A stretch of 64,000 nt of DNA from Spirochaetaceae bacterium (GTDB lineage Bacteria > Spirochaetota > Spirochaetia > DSM-2461). The stretch is taken from positions 2,432,001-2,496,000 of the forward strand of contig OZ245056.1 of assembly GCA_965224705.1 (NCBI GenBank), read 5' to 3'. Of the stretch, positions 21,797 to 32,129 are shown piece by piece (position 1 is the stretch's first letter; each line of letters begins with the position of its first letter). The notes under the pieces are model-generated. The model did not search any database, was not told the DNA's origin, and was given only the letters and a program-made list of their open reading frames with translations. The position numbers and the translations under genes were made by a program.

Positions 21797-21960
21797 GGAG
21801 TCTGTCGGACTTTAAGACTTCGAGGCGATTTTTGATGATTTTTTTCTGATACAAGGCGCCAAAAGCGGAGCGTAGCTGGGCTACGTGAGCATTTTGGCAA
21901 CGCGGTAGCGGGAAAAAAGGGCAAAAATCGAGCCGTGAGGCGGAAGTCCGACAGACTTCC
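21797..21960 (-). mobile_element. MITE-like element copy 2
   Basis: Near-identical to copy 3; period 165 bp; terminal inverted repeats. Confidence 0.85.
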
Positions 21961-21961
21961 A

Positions 21962-22124
21962 GGAGCCTGTCGGACTTTAAGACTTCGAGGCGATTTTTGA
22001 TGATTTTTTTCTGATACAAGGCGCCAAAAGCGGAGCGTAGCTGGGCTACGTGAGCATTTTGGCAACGCGGTAGCGGGAAAAAAGGGCAAAAATCGAGCCG
22101 TGAGGCGGAAGTCCGACAGGCTCC
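21962..22124 (-). mobile_element. MITE-like element copy 3
   Basis: Perfect 16 bp TIR GGAGCCTGTCGGACTT / AAGTCCGACAGGCTCC; overlaps the last base of the rseP TAG. Confidence 0.88.
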
Positions 22125-23512
22125 TAGTGGCTGGCATCTTTATAACCCATTAAATCGCCGGTAGTCGCGATAATGGTGAGAATGAATACGATTATTATAC
22201 CTGCGATTTGATATCTGTAGATTAATTGAGGCTTCAATGGCCGTTTCTGTAACCATTCTGTAATGAATAACACGATTTGCCCTCCATCAAGAACAGGTAT
22301 GGGGAGGAGATTGAGAAAGGCCAGGGATATCGAAATAAATGCTATGAGTCTGGATGTCATTAAAAGACCGGGTCTGAACCCATATTGGAATCCCCTTACA
22401 ACGGTTTCACCGGTCAGGGAAATAAGACGGACAGGGCCGGAAACTGCATTCCGCAACTGTATCCCCATAAACATCATGCGAATACTCCGTAAGGTTGATT
22501 CAATTGTATTCCATGATTCTGATACCCCTCGACCTATTGCACCGAATAATCCCAGCTTTTCGGAACGACCGGTTCTCACTGCAAACTCAATACCCAGGTC
22601 CTCCCCGGAGGATAAATCCCAATTAGATTCAAGACGTTTCCCATCGCGCAGGAATTCGATGTTCACGGTGGTGTTTGAACTCTTCAGTGAATTGTAGATA
22701 TCAAAAGTGTGGGAGACAGGTTTATTGTTGATTGAGATGATCTCATCTCCAGATTGAAGCCCTGCCAGAGCGGCTATGGATTTTGATTCAATAGATGATA
22801 TCACCGGGTTCACCCAGTTCATCACTCCAATAACAGCTCTCCCATCGACTTTATCCAATTGAGGAGTAATTGTGGTGGACAGTTTTTTACCATCTCGAAG
22901 AAAAGTCAATGCGATTTTCTCACCTGGTCTGAATATCAATCTCTGCCGCAATTCCTGAAATCGGTCAATTTCCCTGTCATCAATTTCAAGAATGAGATCA
23001 CCAGTTTTCAATCCGGCTTCATCTGCGGGCCAGGTAAGGCCATCATCTGAGTATTCTGAGATCAGAATAATTCTAGGTTCTGTATACTGCTCATTGTATC
23101 CAATCCATGCAATTACTGTAAAAACAAGAATGGATAAAACAATATTACCTGCGGGGCCGGCAATGGATACAAGGATCCTTTTCCAGGGCGGACTGGCATA
23201 GAAATCACCTTTATTGGCAGGAATGGCCTGCATTCTTTTTTCCAAAGCCAATCTCAATGACTCTTCTCCGTCGAAACGGCAATACCCACCAAGAGGAATC
23301 AGGGATAACCTGTAGTCTGTTCCTTTGTATTGAAATCCAAGCAAACGCTTACCAAATCCTATAGAAAATGTCGTTACTCTTATTTTTACCAGTCGGGCAG
23401 CAAAGTAGTGACTGGCCTCATGGATCAATACAACGAAGGATAAACCTGCTATTCCAAGAGTTACTTTGGCAACGATGCTCAGTATTGGACTACTCAATTG
23501 TGTGCCTTCCAA
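22124..23512 (-). CDS. rseP: RIP metalloprotease RseP
   Basis: HEASH (HExxH), IPLGGY, two PDZ domains, NLLPIPVLDGG; start may be 23497. Confidence 0.95.
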   Translation of the reverse strand: MEGTQLSSPILSIVAKVTLGIAGLSFVVLIHEASHYFAARLVKIRVTTFSIGFGKRLLGFQYKGTDYRLSLIPLGGYCRFDGEESLRLALEKRMQAIPANKGDFYASPPWKRILVSIAGPAGNIVLSILVFTVIAWIGYNEQYTEPRIILISEYSDDGLTWPADEAGLKTGDLILEIDDREIDRFQELRQRLIFRPGEKIALTFLRDGKKLSTTITPQLDKVDGRAVIGVMNWVNPVISSIESKSIAALAGLQSGDEIISINNKPVSHTFDIYNSLKSSNTTVNIEFLRDGKRLESNWDLSSGEDLGIEFAVRTGRSEKLGLFGAIGRGVSESWNTIESTLRSIRMMFMGIQLRNAVSGPVRLISLTGETVVRGFQYGFRPGLLMTSRLIAFISISLAFLNLLPIPVLDGGQIVLFITEWLQKRPLKPQLIYRYQIAGIIIVFILTIIATTGDLMGYKDASH

Positions 23513-24335
23513 TCTTAAGGAATATAATAAAAAGTGGTGCAGTGAACAGACATGAATCTATGGAATCCAATATCCCCCCTCGGCCAAGGATCACTCTTCC
23601 TGAATCCTTAACTCCAACAGCACGTTTAAGAGCCGACTCAACAAGATCTCCAATAATAACAGTAATACCCAATATGATGCCGAAAAAAAGAAGCTGCCAT
23701 AGTGTGTGGGGGAGCAGGCGGGGAAGAAACCGCGATGCGACGACGATGACAATGGCCGAAGATATAACACCGGCTATAAAACCTTCAAGGCTCTTATTGG
23801 GACTGACAGCAATCAGTTCACGGTGTTTACCAAGAAGTACACCAATAAGCCATGCACTTGAATCATTGAGAAAAATGATCAGCATAAATACAAAGATTGC
23901 ATAGCGATTTTGGGGCAGCAGACTGATTTCATGCATCCACCAGAGAAAATATCCTGGATATACAACCATTATCAATTTAGCACCAATGTTTTTGATAACA
24001 GAGGGGAACTCAGCCTCCGAGGCAAATACCGCATGGGTAAAAGCCCAGGTTATTCCGAGAGTAAGAGAAAGAATGGGTATTTCAGGATAAATCCAGCCTT
24101 GATGGACCAGCCATGAGAGGACAGGAGCCATAGCAGGAATAAAGATAGACCAGGGGGGAATGCTGATATCGGCCTGCCTGAACATGGCCCTCATCTCAAG
24201 ACCGGCAATAAGTCCAAGAATAACGATGAGTACTGTGTACCATATGTAGTATTTGAGAGGTGTAAAAAGAATCAGCATTCCCAGAAAAGGTATGGCGACG
24301 ACAAACAGGATGACTCTCTTCATTACATTACTCAT
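23490..24335 (-). CDS. cdsA: Phosphatidate cytidylyltransferase
   Basis: SPNKSLEG, GDLVESALKRAVGVKDSG...GRGGILDSIDS; ATG 24335 preferred. Confidence 0.95.
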   Translation of the reverse strand: MSNVMKRVILFVVAIPFLGMLILFTPLKYYIWYTVLIVILGLIAGLEMRAMFRQADISIPPWSIFIPAMAPVLSWLVHQGWIYPEIPILSLTLGITWAFTHAVFASEAEFPSVIKNIGAKLIMVVYPGYFLWWMHEISLLPQNRYAIFVFMLIIFLNDSSAWLIGVLLGKHRELIAVSPNKSLEGFIAGVISSAIVIVVASRFLPRLLPHTLWQLLFFGIILGITVIIGDLVESALKRAVGVKDSGRVILGRGGILDSIDSCLFTAPLFIIFLKIGRHTIE

Positions 24336-25035
24336 GGACCCTCCCAAATCGGCGCTGACGGGATTGAAAATGAGATATTGCCTCATCAAGATGCTCTGGT
24401 GACCAATCCGGCCAGAAAATATCGGAAAAGTAGAACTCTGAGTATGCCGTTTGCCAGAGAAGAAAATTACTCAATCGGCACTCTCCCCCAGTGCGTATCA
24501 TTATGTCAGGATCAGATATTTCCGGCTGATCCAGATTCTGGCGTAAAAGTTCTTCCGTCAGTGATTCCAATTTCCCGCCTTTTTGGGCAAAACATTTGAT
24601 GGCTCTCACGATCTCATCTCGGCCACCATAATTTATAAGGAGGTTGACCTTCATACCATCGAACAGGGCTGTTTCGCTCTCAGCCCGAAGAATTTCATCC
24701 CGTACTGACTTCGGCAGACTTTCGAGATTTCCAGAATGGATGATTCTTATCCGGTGCTCTTTATAAAAACCATACTGTTTCCTGAGATTTGAATTCAAAA
24801 GGTTCATCAGGAAATCCACTTCAATAACAGTACGGTGCCAGTTTTCAGTGGAAAAAACATACAGAGACAGGACTTTGATGCCCAGATTTGAAGCATGAGC
24901 CACAATTCGTTTTGCTGTTTTCAATCCTTCCTTGTGACCACTGGTCCGGGGGAGGCCTCGTTCCTGTGCCCAACGACCATTCCCGTCCATTATTATACCA
25001 ACATGGTATGGCATAATGGGGGTTTCATCCCTCAT
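24328..25035 (-). CDS. uppS: Undecaprenyl diphosphate synthase
   Basis: HVGIIMDGNGRWA, FSTENW, IRTGGECRLSNFLLWQ. Confidence 0.97.
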   Translation of the reverse strand: MRDETPIMPYHVGIIMDGNGRWAQERGLPRTSGHKEGLKTAKRIVAHASNLGIKVLSLYVFSTENWHRTVIEVDFLMNLLNSNLRKQYGFYKEHRIRIIHSGNLESLPKSVRDEILRAESETALFDGMKVNLLINYGGRDEIVRAIKCFAQKGGKLESLTEELLRQNLDQPEISDPDIMIRTGGECRLSNFLLWQTAYSEFYFSDIFWPDWSPEHLDEAISHFQSRQRRFGRVHE

Positions 25036-25580
25036 TAAACTTCCATAATCTCCTGCTCTTTGGCCTTAAACATATTGTCAATCTTTTCTATATGGGAATC
25101 TGTCAGCTTCTGGATAGTGGCTGTTTCTTTTTTTTGTTCATCTTCGGTATATTCACCGTGTTTAATCTGATCATTTAAATCACGGCGAATGTTTCGGATG
25201 GAAACCTTGGAGGCTTCGGCAATACTTTTTGCCTGTTTGACAAGTTCCTTACGCCGCTCTTCATTAAGCGGGGGAATGGCTATGCGGATTATCTTTCCAT
25301 CATTACCGGGATTCAGACCCAGTTCAGAGGTCAGTATTGCTTTCTCGATATCCCCTATGGATTTTCTGTCAAAGGGCTGGATTACGATTAAACGAGCCTC
25401 AGGAATGGAAATATTGGCCAGCTGGTTCAAAGGGGTAGGGGTTCCGTAGTAATCAACATGTATTCCGTTGAACAGAGATGCTGAAGCACGGCCTGTTCTT
25501 AACTGACTGAAGTCGTCTTCAAGAGCATTGATACTTTTGCCCATTCTCTTTTCGGCATCAGTCCTTTTCGTATCATCCAC
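25035..25580 (-). CDS. frr: Ribosome recycling factor
   Basis: LRTGRAS, VDYYG, PPLNEERRKELVK. Confidence 0.98.
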   Translation of the reverse strand: MDDTKRTDAEKRMGKSINALEDDFSQLRTGRASASLFNGIHVDYYGTPTPLNQLANISIPEARLIVIQPFDRKSIGDIEKAILTSELGLNPGNDGKIIRIAIPPLNEERRKELVKQAKSIAEASKVSIRNIRRDLNDQIKHGEYTEDEQKKETATIQKLTDSHIEKIDNMFKAKEQEIMEV

Positions 25581-25603
25581 AAGTATTCTCCTTCGAAAAC
25601 AAT

Positions 25604-26449
25604 CTAGTCTTCCTGACCGATTGCAATGTACGCATAATCAGTCAATGTCAGGCTGCCATTGATACTCTTCGCCGTTTCATTGATTACCTGTTTAACAGAC
25701 TTTTTATTCTCCTTTATGTGATCTTGATCAATGAGACATATTTGACTTAGATGCTTATTCAGTTTTCCCTGAACTATTCCTTTTACTACTTTCTCAGGCT
25801 TGTCGCCCAGTTTATTGGCTTGAGAGAGAAAAATCTCTTCCTGTTCTTTGATGTAAGCTGGGTCAATAGTGTCTCTGCTCAGGTAAGATGGGTTATATGC
25901 AGCGACATGTAAGGCCAGATCAAATGCCAGGGCTCTCACTTCATCCGAGCCTGCAGTTTCTGCACAGTCACATGTCAATTTTACCATACTTCCTATAACA
26001 CCGTCATTATGGGCATAACTGGTAACAATTTCATTATTTGCATAATCCCAGTAGACAATTCTCCCCAGGAGCATGTTCTCCTTAAGAACAGCCATAGCCT
26101 CTTTGACCATATTTTCAACAGAGGTGCTTCTATCGGCGGAACCTGAGTTCAAAATAGCCGCAGCAATTTTTTCTCCAGTTGTCCGAAATACATCATTCTT
26201 AGCGACAAAGTCCGTTTCACAGGTGAGTTCTATCATGGATGCTTTACCACCCTCAATGGATGTGAAAACTAAACCATTTTTAGTTGCCCGGCCCATGCGT
26301 TTATCGGCACTTGCCATGCCCTGCTCCTTGAGAATTTTCTCAGCAAGAGTGAACTCGCCTGCTGCTTTGATCAGAGCATTCTTACAATCCAGCATACCTG
26401 CACCAGTTTTATCCCGGAGTTTCTTTACATCCTGAGGAGTTACAGTCAT
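25604..26449 (-). CDS. tsf: Elongation factor Ts
   Basis: VKKLRDKTGAGMLDCKNAL, ELTCETDFVAKN. Confidence 0.98.
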   Translation of the reverse strand: MTVTPQDVKKLRDKTGAGMLDCKNALIKAAGEFTLAEKILKEQGMASADKRMGRATKNGLVFTSIEGGKASMIELTCETDFVAKNDVFRTTGEKIAAAILNSGSADRSTSVENMVKEAMAVLKENMLLGRIVYWDYANNEIVTSYAHNDGVIGSMVKLTCDCAETAGSDEVRALAFDLALHVAAYNPSYLSRDTIDPAYIKEQEEIFLSQANKLGDKPEKVVKGIVQGKLNKHLSQICLIDQDHIKENKKSVKQVINETAKSINGSLTLTDYAYIAIGQED

Positions 26450-27709
26450 TTATTCACTCCCATCTTTGTCAGAACTGACATTATTTTCCTGGTTTGCATC
26501 TTCCTTCTTCTTTTTCTTTTCTTTAGTTGTATTGGAACTTTTGGTTCTGGTTTTTCCAGGGGCTGTTGTTTTTGTCTTCGCGGCAGCTTTTGCCCTGTCG
26601 GAAGTCTCTGCTATGTCAGAAGCCTCCACCCTGTCGGAAGTTTCCTCTATGTCGGAAGTCTCCGCTATGTCGGAAGTTTCCGCTATGTCAGAAGTTTCCG
26701 CTATGTCGGAAGCCTCCGCTATGTCAGAAGTCTCTGCTATGTCGGAAGCCTCCACCATGTCGGAAGTTTCCGCTATGTCAGAAGTCTCTGCTATGTCAGA
26801 AGTCTCTGCTATGTCAGAAGTCTCTGCTATGTCAGAAGTCTCCGCTATGTCGGAAGTTTCCGCTATGTCGGAAGTTTCCACCATGTCAGAAGTCTCCGCT
26901 ATGTCAAAAGACTCCACCCTGTCGGAAATGGTTATGGAGTTCTTTTCCAGGGTGTCTGTTTCAGTAATTGGTTCTGCCTGGAGTTCCTCATCGTCATCCT
27001 GTAAAGTTTCTATAACCTTCAGTCCCTGTTCATTGTCAGCTTCAATAACGGCGTTGGCAATGACCTGGGTAAACAGGTTGATTGCTCTAATTGCATCATC
27101 ATTACCCGGGATCGGGAAGTCAATTCCCTCAGGATTGCAGTTCGTGTCAACGATCGCTATAATAGGGATCCCCATACGCCGAGCTTCAGCAACCGCTATC
27201 GCTTCCTTTCTTGTATCAATAACGAACATGACTCCCGGGAGATCATTCATATTCTTGATACCGCCGAGATTCTTTTCCAGTCGGCCTTTTTCCTTGAGCA
27301 ATTTGGCTACTTCTTTCTTGGTAAGTTGATCAAAGGTACCATCAATCTCCATCTTTTCAAGTTTTTTCAGCCTTAAAAGTGATCTCTTGATAGTACTGAA
27401 ATTGGTCAGCATACCACCCAGCCAGCGATTGTTTACGTAGAACATTTCACAACGCTCAGCTTCATTTTTGACCGAAGCCTGGGCCTGTTTCTTCGTTCCG
27501 ACAAACAATACCGATTGACCGGCCAGAACCGTTTGCCGGACAAGATCGTATGAATTCTTGATGGCAATTATGGTCTTTTGTAAGTTGATAATATGAATCC
27601 CATTCCTCTTGGTGAAGATGTATTTATTCATTCTGGGATCCCAGCGACGGGTGTGATGACCGAAATGGACACCAGATTCCAACAGGTTCTTCATGGTTAC
27701 AACAGCCAC
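26450..27709 (-). CDS. rpsB: 30S ribosomal protein S2 with repeat-expanded acidic tail
   Basis: [30 protein letters not shown] start after GAGGAGG. Confidence 0.97.
   Translation of the reverse strand: MAVVTMKNLLESGVHFGHHTRRWDPRMNKYIFTKRNGIHIINLQKTIIAIKNSYDLVRQTVLAGQSVLFVGTKKQAQASVKNEAERCEMFYVNNRWLGGMLTNFSTIKRSLLRLKKLEKMEIDGTFDQLTKKEVAKLLKEKGRLEKNLGGIKNMNDLPGVMFVIDTRKEAIAVAEARRMGIPIIAIVDTNCNPEGIDFPIPGNDDAIRAINLFTQVIANAVIEADNEQGLKVIETLQDDDEELQAEPITETDTLEKNSITISDRVESFDIAETSDMVETSDIAETSDIAETSDIAETSDIAETSDIAETSDIAETSDMVEASDIAETSDIAEASDIAETSDIAETSDIAETSDIEETSDRVEASDIAETSDRAKAAAKTKTTAPGKTRTKSSNTTKEKKKKKEDANQENNVSSDKDGSE
26593..26927 (-). repeat. In-frame 18 bp tandem repeat (~18 units, consensus peptide DIAETS)
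   Basis: Plus-strand unit ATGTCRGAAGTYTCYGCT repeated head to tail inside rpsB. Confidence 0.95.
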
Positions 27710-28063
27710 GAACCTTCCTCCTCATTTCTACGAAGCATGAACGGCGTAGAGACTGAATTATTTCTCGGTGAATAAGCACCGGAAGATTTTGGCTCTGATT
27801 TATTCAGGCCAGACCGGTATTCTACCAGTCATTATCAATATGGCATACAGTACCTGAAATGACAAGCTCTGTTTTCAGTATTTGTGGATTAAAGTCTATA
27901 TCACGATTTTGATAATCAAATACTGCTGGTTATTCCTGCATGGCTATGCTGTTTCCCAGGTATGGTAACATGGTCTGTATCATAAAAAACGATTGAGTTG
28001 TGTGCCAATTGAGTTGCCTGTTCACCTGGGAACGGCTATAATGCAGAGTAATCAGGAGAACTT

Positions 28064-28528
28064 ATGGCAGGATCTGAAACAGCTATGCAGGCAGTAACTT
28101 TCCAATTGGGTGTCGATAACTATGGCATTGATATTATGAGTGTCCAGGAGATAGTTGACTGTAATGAGATCCGCAGAATACCACATGTACCAGACTATAT
28201 TGAAGGTCTTTACAATCTTCGGGGGGATATCCTGCCAATTATAAATCTCCATAAACGATTTGATTTAAAAAAAGCAAAAGATATACAGAATGATTCATTG
28301 CTCATTCTCAATATGGGAGATGTGCAGTTTGGTATAATAATTGACAAAGTTCTAAGGGTTATTTCAATCAATACGGATGAGATCCAGAATCCTCCTCAAA
28401 TGCTTTCGGGAATTGGGGTTGAATACATTCAGGGGGTTGTCCATCAGGAAGACGGTTATCTTATACTACTGGATTGCAGTCATCTTTTCCAACAGGATGA
28501 ATTGAGTAAAATCAACCACTATTCATAA
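28064..28528 (+). CDS. cheW: Chemotaxis coupling protein CheW
   Basis: VTFQLG...YGIDIMSVQEI, GLYNLRGDILPIINL. Confidence 0.93.
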   Translation: MAGSETAMQAVTFQLGVDNYGIDIMSVQEIVDCNEIRRIPHVPDYIEGLYNLRGDILPIINLHKRFDLKKAKDIQNDSLLILNMGDVQFGIIIDKVLRVISINTDEIQNPPQMLSGIGVEYIQGVVHQEDGYLILLDCSHLFQQDELSKINHYS

Positions 28529-29559
28529 TGCCCATTCCCGTATTTAAGCCATCCATAAGAAGAAGAGATATGCATTCAGTTCTGGAATGTCTGGTGACCG
28601 ATGTTATTGGTCCAGCCAGTATAGCTGAAGAGTTGGTAGACACAATTGTGAAAACCTACATGTTTTCTGGTGGAGCTGCACTCAGGGAATATGTAAGGGC
28701 AATTGAAGTCGTCTTTGGTACTCTTGATCTCAAAAGGGGAGATAAAATAATGATCTCCTCCCTTGCACCTGGTGCGTATGGAAATGCCATTAAACGCTCT
28801 GGACTTTCTCCCGTATTGGTGGATGTTATTGAGGATAACGCCTGTCCGGATCCAGATTCAGCACGCAAAGCCCTAAAAGAGAATATCAGGGCAATGGTTA
28901 TCCATGCTCCCCTCGGAAGAGTCCCCGATATGAATTTTTTCTATGAAACAGGCATCCCGGTTGTTATTGATATTGGTGAAGCACTGGGCGCAAAGGAAAT
29001 CGATGGATTCCTTGGGCAGGAAGCCGCAATCGTTGTATTACCAATGGAAACAGACGGTATTGCAACGACCGGGGGTGGAACCATTATCATGGCGAAAGAA
29101 AAGGCATGTTATCTTAAGATGCGTTCAGAGCTGAACGATCTGAATCCCGATGCTTTTCTTCCAGATCTCAATGCCTCTCTTGGTATTGTGCAATGGCGGG
29201 ATTATCACAAAGCACTGGATGAACGTAGAACCATATATGAAGCTTATATGCAGTCGCTGATGAAAGGGAACCATCGGACTTTTAACAGTCCTGAAGATGA
29301 ACTCTATCAACCGGTGCCTTATTCCTTTCCTGTTGTTGTTAAGAGTCCAATGAATGAAGTTCGCCGATATGCAGGGAAAAAAGGTGTTGAGGTATTACCG
29401 GCTTTCTCAGGCCGCTTACTGGAGAAAATTCCCACAGCCGATCAATTATGCCCGAAAGCACGATCCTTAACTCTAAGTACAGTTCTGTTTCCATTATATC
29501 CGACATTGGGCAAAAAAAATGTTCAACTCATCATGAAAGTCCTGTCAACATTGCCTTAG
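28528..29559 (+). CDS. DegT/DnrJ/EryC1/StrS aminotransferase-like protein (degenerate)
   Basis: IPVFKP N-terminus, LFPLYPTL C-terminus; no obvious PLP-binding lysine before TTGGG. Confidence 0.75.
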   Translation: MPIPVFKPSIRRRDMHSVLECLVTDVIGPASIAEELVDTIVKTYMFSGGAALREYVRAIEVVFGTLDLKRGDKIMISSLAPGAYGNAIKRSGLSPVLVDVIEDNACPDPDSARKALKENIRAMVIHAPLGRVPDMNFFYETGIPVVIDIGEALGAKEIDGFLGQEAAIVVLPMETDGIATTGGGTIIMAKEKACYLKMRSELNDLNPDAFLPDLNASLGIVQWRDYHKALDERRTIYEAYMQSLMKGNHRTFNSPEDELYQPVPYSFPVVVKSPMNEVRRYAGKKGVEVLPAFSGRLLEKIPTADQLCPKARSLTLSTVLFPLYPTLGKKNVQLIMKVLSTLP

Positions 29560-29578
29560 TTCTATATCCTATGGTGAA

Positions 29579-30424
29579 ATGAAGGATACAACTGTAATTG
29601 TCTATAATCAGGCCAGCATTCCTGCCGCCTCACTTTACGAAGAAATGAAAGTATGGATGGAGAAACGCGGTATTTCTGTCAGTGGCTGTAATTCACATTC
29701 GTGTCAATTCGGGGATGCTGATTCGGATGCCCAGTTTGCGGTTTCATTGGGAGGAGATGGCACTTTTCTTTCCTGTGCTCGCGCAGTATCCCATCGGCCC
29801 ATCCCGATTTTGCCGGTTCACCTGGGAACATTCGGGTTCATTACAGAAGTAACCGGAGATGAGTGGGCTGAAGTTCTTGAATTGTGGCTGGAGGGACAAC
29901 TGGGTATAGAGGAACGTCTGGTTGTTGATGTTGAATTAATACGTGCTGAGAATTGTATAGCCCGGTTCACCGGTGTGAATGATGCGGTTGTGAATACTGC
30001 TGGAATGAGCAAAATCATTCGGCTTTCAATTCAGCTGGGCGGGTTTGATGCGGGACGTTTTCTTGGGGATGGAATAATACTCTCGACTCCGACTGGTTCA
30101 ACAGCCTATTCCATGGCTTCAGGCGGCCCTATTATGGTCCCTTCCATGCCTGCCATGGTTCTTACTCCGATCTGTCCGTTTTCCCTTGCCTGGCGGCCAA
30201 TGGTCATTCCCTCCAGGGATGAAATTGTTATTAATATTGAACCGAATCAACGAGCCAGTCTTCTTTTAACAATTGATGGTCAGGAATCACACCCCCTTGA
30301 GGAGGGTGATTTGGTCAGCATTTCTGGAAGACCGGGTGGAGTTAAACTGATACAATCAAATAAGCGCCGATTTTATGAAGTTGTTAGATCTAAACTAGGT
30401 TGGTCTGGAGGCCCATATGCTTGA
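29579..30424 (+). CDS. nadK: NAD kinase
   Basis: LGGDGTFL, GDGIILSTPTGSTAYSMASGGP. Confidence 0.95.
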   Translation: MKDTTVIVYNQASIPAASLYEEMKVWMEKRGISVSGCNSHSCQFGDADSDAQFAVSLGGDGTFLSCARAVSHRPIPILPVHLGTFGFITEVTGDEWAEVLELWLEGQLGIEERLVVDVELIRAENCIARFTGVNDAVVNTAGMSKIIRLSIQLGGFDAGRFLGDGIILSTPTGSTAYSMASGGPIMVPSMPAMVLTPICPFSLAWRPMVIPSRDEIVINIEPNQRASLLLTIDGQESHPLEEGDLVSISGRPGGVKLIQSNKRRFYEVVRSKLGWSGGPYA

Positions 30425-32129
30425 GGAGCTTAGAGTTAAGAATTATGCACTGATTGATGATTTAACTGTATGCTTTGAGCCAGGATTCAATGTTCTTACT
30501 GGAGAAACGGGTGCCGGTAAATCCATTCTTATTGATGCACTGTCTCTTGTCCTTGGAGGAAAGAGTAAGGGTGATGGTGTACGTCAGGGAGCCAGTGAGG
30601 CTGAAGTAACGGCGATTCTAAAAACAACAAACTCGCCTGAATTACAGGAATGGATCAGAAAGTATTCAATACAGCCGGAAGATGATACCCTCCTGCTGCG
30701 ACGTGTAATAAAGCCAAATGGGCGTGGGGCTTTCAGTATTCAGGCTGTACCTGTAACACGAACAGCGTTGGAAGAGCTTGCAGGATTTCAGGTAGACATA
30801 CATGGACAACACGAACACCAGTCACTTTTCCAGATCTCAACACATCGTAAACTTCTTGACCGATTTGCTGGCTTGGAGGAAAGGGTCAGCGTTTATACAG
30901 AGCAGTATCTAAAGCTTTCAGCACTGAGTAAGCGTATTGATGAATTGAATCGGGGGAAGGAAACTCTGGAACGTGAGATTGAATTTCTTCGGCATGCTGT
31001 TGAGGAAATAGAATCAGCGGAGCTTCGTGAAGGAGAAGAGGAGGAATTGGTTGAGCGGCAGAAAATTCTTTCACAGCATGAAGAATTGGCACGAAGCCTG
31101 GAAAGAGCTGTTGATGCAGGTGCTGAATCCCGTAACGGAGCGGCAGCTTTCCTGAGAAAAACAATGGAACAGCTCAATGGAGCAGTGAAAATAGACCAGA
31201 GATTTTCTGATCTCCTAAAACGCTGTGAAGGGGTATTCTATGAAGTCGAAGATATAGTTGACGAAATCAGAGGACGGCAGAATTCTGTTGTTTTTGATCC
31301 GGAAGAATTGGAAGAAAATGAAGATCGTCTGACTAAAATCAGAAATCTTGAAAGAAAATACAGTGCCGCTACAGTACACGGTGTACTTGATTACTCCAGA
31401 AATGCCCGCATTAAACTCGATAAATTGAAAAATCAGGATGGTGAAATCCAATCCTTGAGTAAGGAAAGAAAACTATTGCAGGAAAGCGTCAAAGCTGAGG
31501 CTTTATTGATCAGTCGGAAAAGAAAATCTGCGGCTCTGTCGTTCGAGAAAAAAGCTGAGAAGCATTTACATGACCTGGGGATGGTTGATGCTCGTTTTAC
31601 TGTTTCATTAGAGAACAAACTCAGTGATGATGGTCGGCAGGTTATCAGCCCCCATGGAGTGGACAGTATTGAATACCTCCTGTCGGCAAATCGCGGAGAA
31701 CGGGCAAAGCCAATAAAAATGGTCGCTTCCGGAGGTGAACTCTCCCGTGTAATGCTGGCATTGAAAACAGTCCTGGGTGAATCGGATCCAGTACCTTCGA
31801 TGATCTTTGATGAAGTGGACTCAGGAATTGGCGGTGAAGTTGCCCGATCTGTGGGAGAGCATCTCAGCAAACTGTCCAGGAGAAAGCAGGTGTTCTGTGT
31901 CACTCATCTTGCCTCAATAGCCGTTTTTGCGGATAATCACTTACAGGTAATGAAAACCATAGTTGATGGGCGAACTCTAATCAGGATAAATAGAGTTGAG
32001 GGAAAGATGCGTGTGAGAGAAGTTGCACGCATGCTGGCTGGTGATAATGATAATTCGGCCTCTTTGGAACACGCACTGCGATTGTTAAACACACAGGGAT
32101 GGTGTATAACTGTCGATGAAACAGGTTAG
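30417..32129 (+). CDS. recN: DNA repair protein RecN
   Basis: LTGETGAGKSIL, ASGGELSRVMLALK, IFDEVDSGIGG. Confidence 0.97.
   Translation: MLEELRVKNYALIDDLTVCFEPGFNVLTGETGAGKSILIDALSLVLGGKSKGDGVRQGASEAEVTAILKTTNSPELQEWIRKYSIQPEDDTLLLRRVIKPNGRGAFSIQAVPVTRTALEELAGFQVDIHGQHEHQSLFQISTHRKLLDRFAGLEERVSVYTEQYLKLSALSKRIDELNRGKETLEREIEFLRHAVEEIESAELREGEEEELVERQKILSQHEELARSLERAVDAGAESRNGAAAFLRKTMEQLNGAVKIDQRFSDLLKRCEGVFYEVEDIVDEIRGRQNSVVFDPEELEENEDRLTKIRNLERKYSAATVHGVLDYSRNARIKLDKLKNQDGEIQSLSKERKLLQESVKAEALLISRKRKSAALSFEKKAEKHLHDLGMVDARFTVSLENKLSDDGRQVISPHGVDSIEYLLSANRGERAKPIKMVASGGELSRVMLALKTVLGESDPVPSMIFDEVDSGIGGEVARSVGEHLSKLSRRKQVFCVTHLASIAVFADNHLQVMKTIVDGRTLIRINRVEGKMRVREVARMLAGDNDNSASLEHALRLLNTQGWCITVDETG

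Noticed and set aside
21790..22137. 116 aa N-terminal extension of the 806 aa ORF as real protein
   Set aside because: It is the translation of two MITE copies; a signal peptide and RBS mark ATG 21789 as the likelier start
26593..26927. Possible CRISPR array, or MITE origin of the rpsB repeat (shared CCTGTCGGA)
   Set aside because: No unique spacers and no cas genes; a 9 bp match is too short to support common origin
26466..27329. Antisense ORFs with SEVSAM and CRKFPL repeats
   Set aside because: Shadows of the stop-free 18 bp repeat in rpsB
27710..27800. rpsB leader RNA (TCTACG/CGTAGA hairpin)
   Set aside because: Plausible by position, but one 6 bp stem is insufficient support
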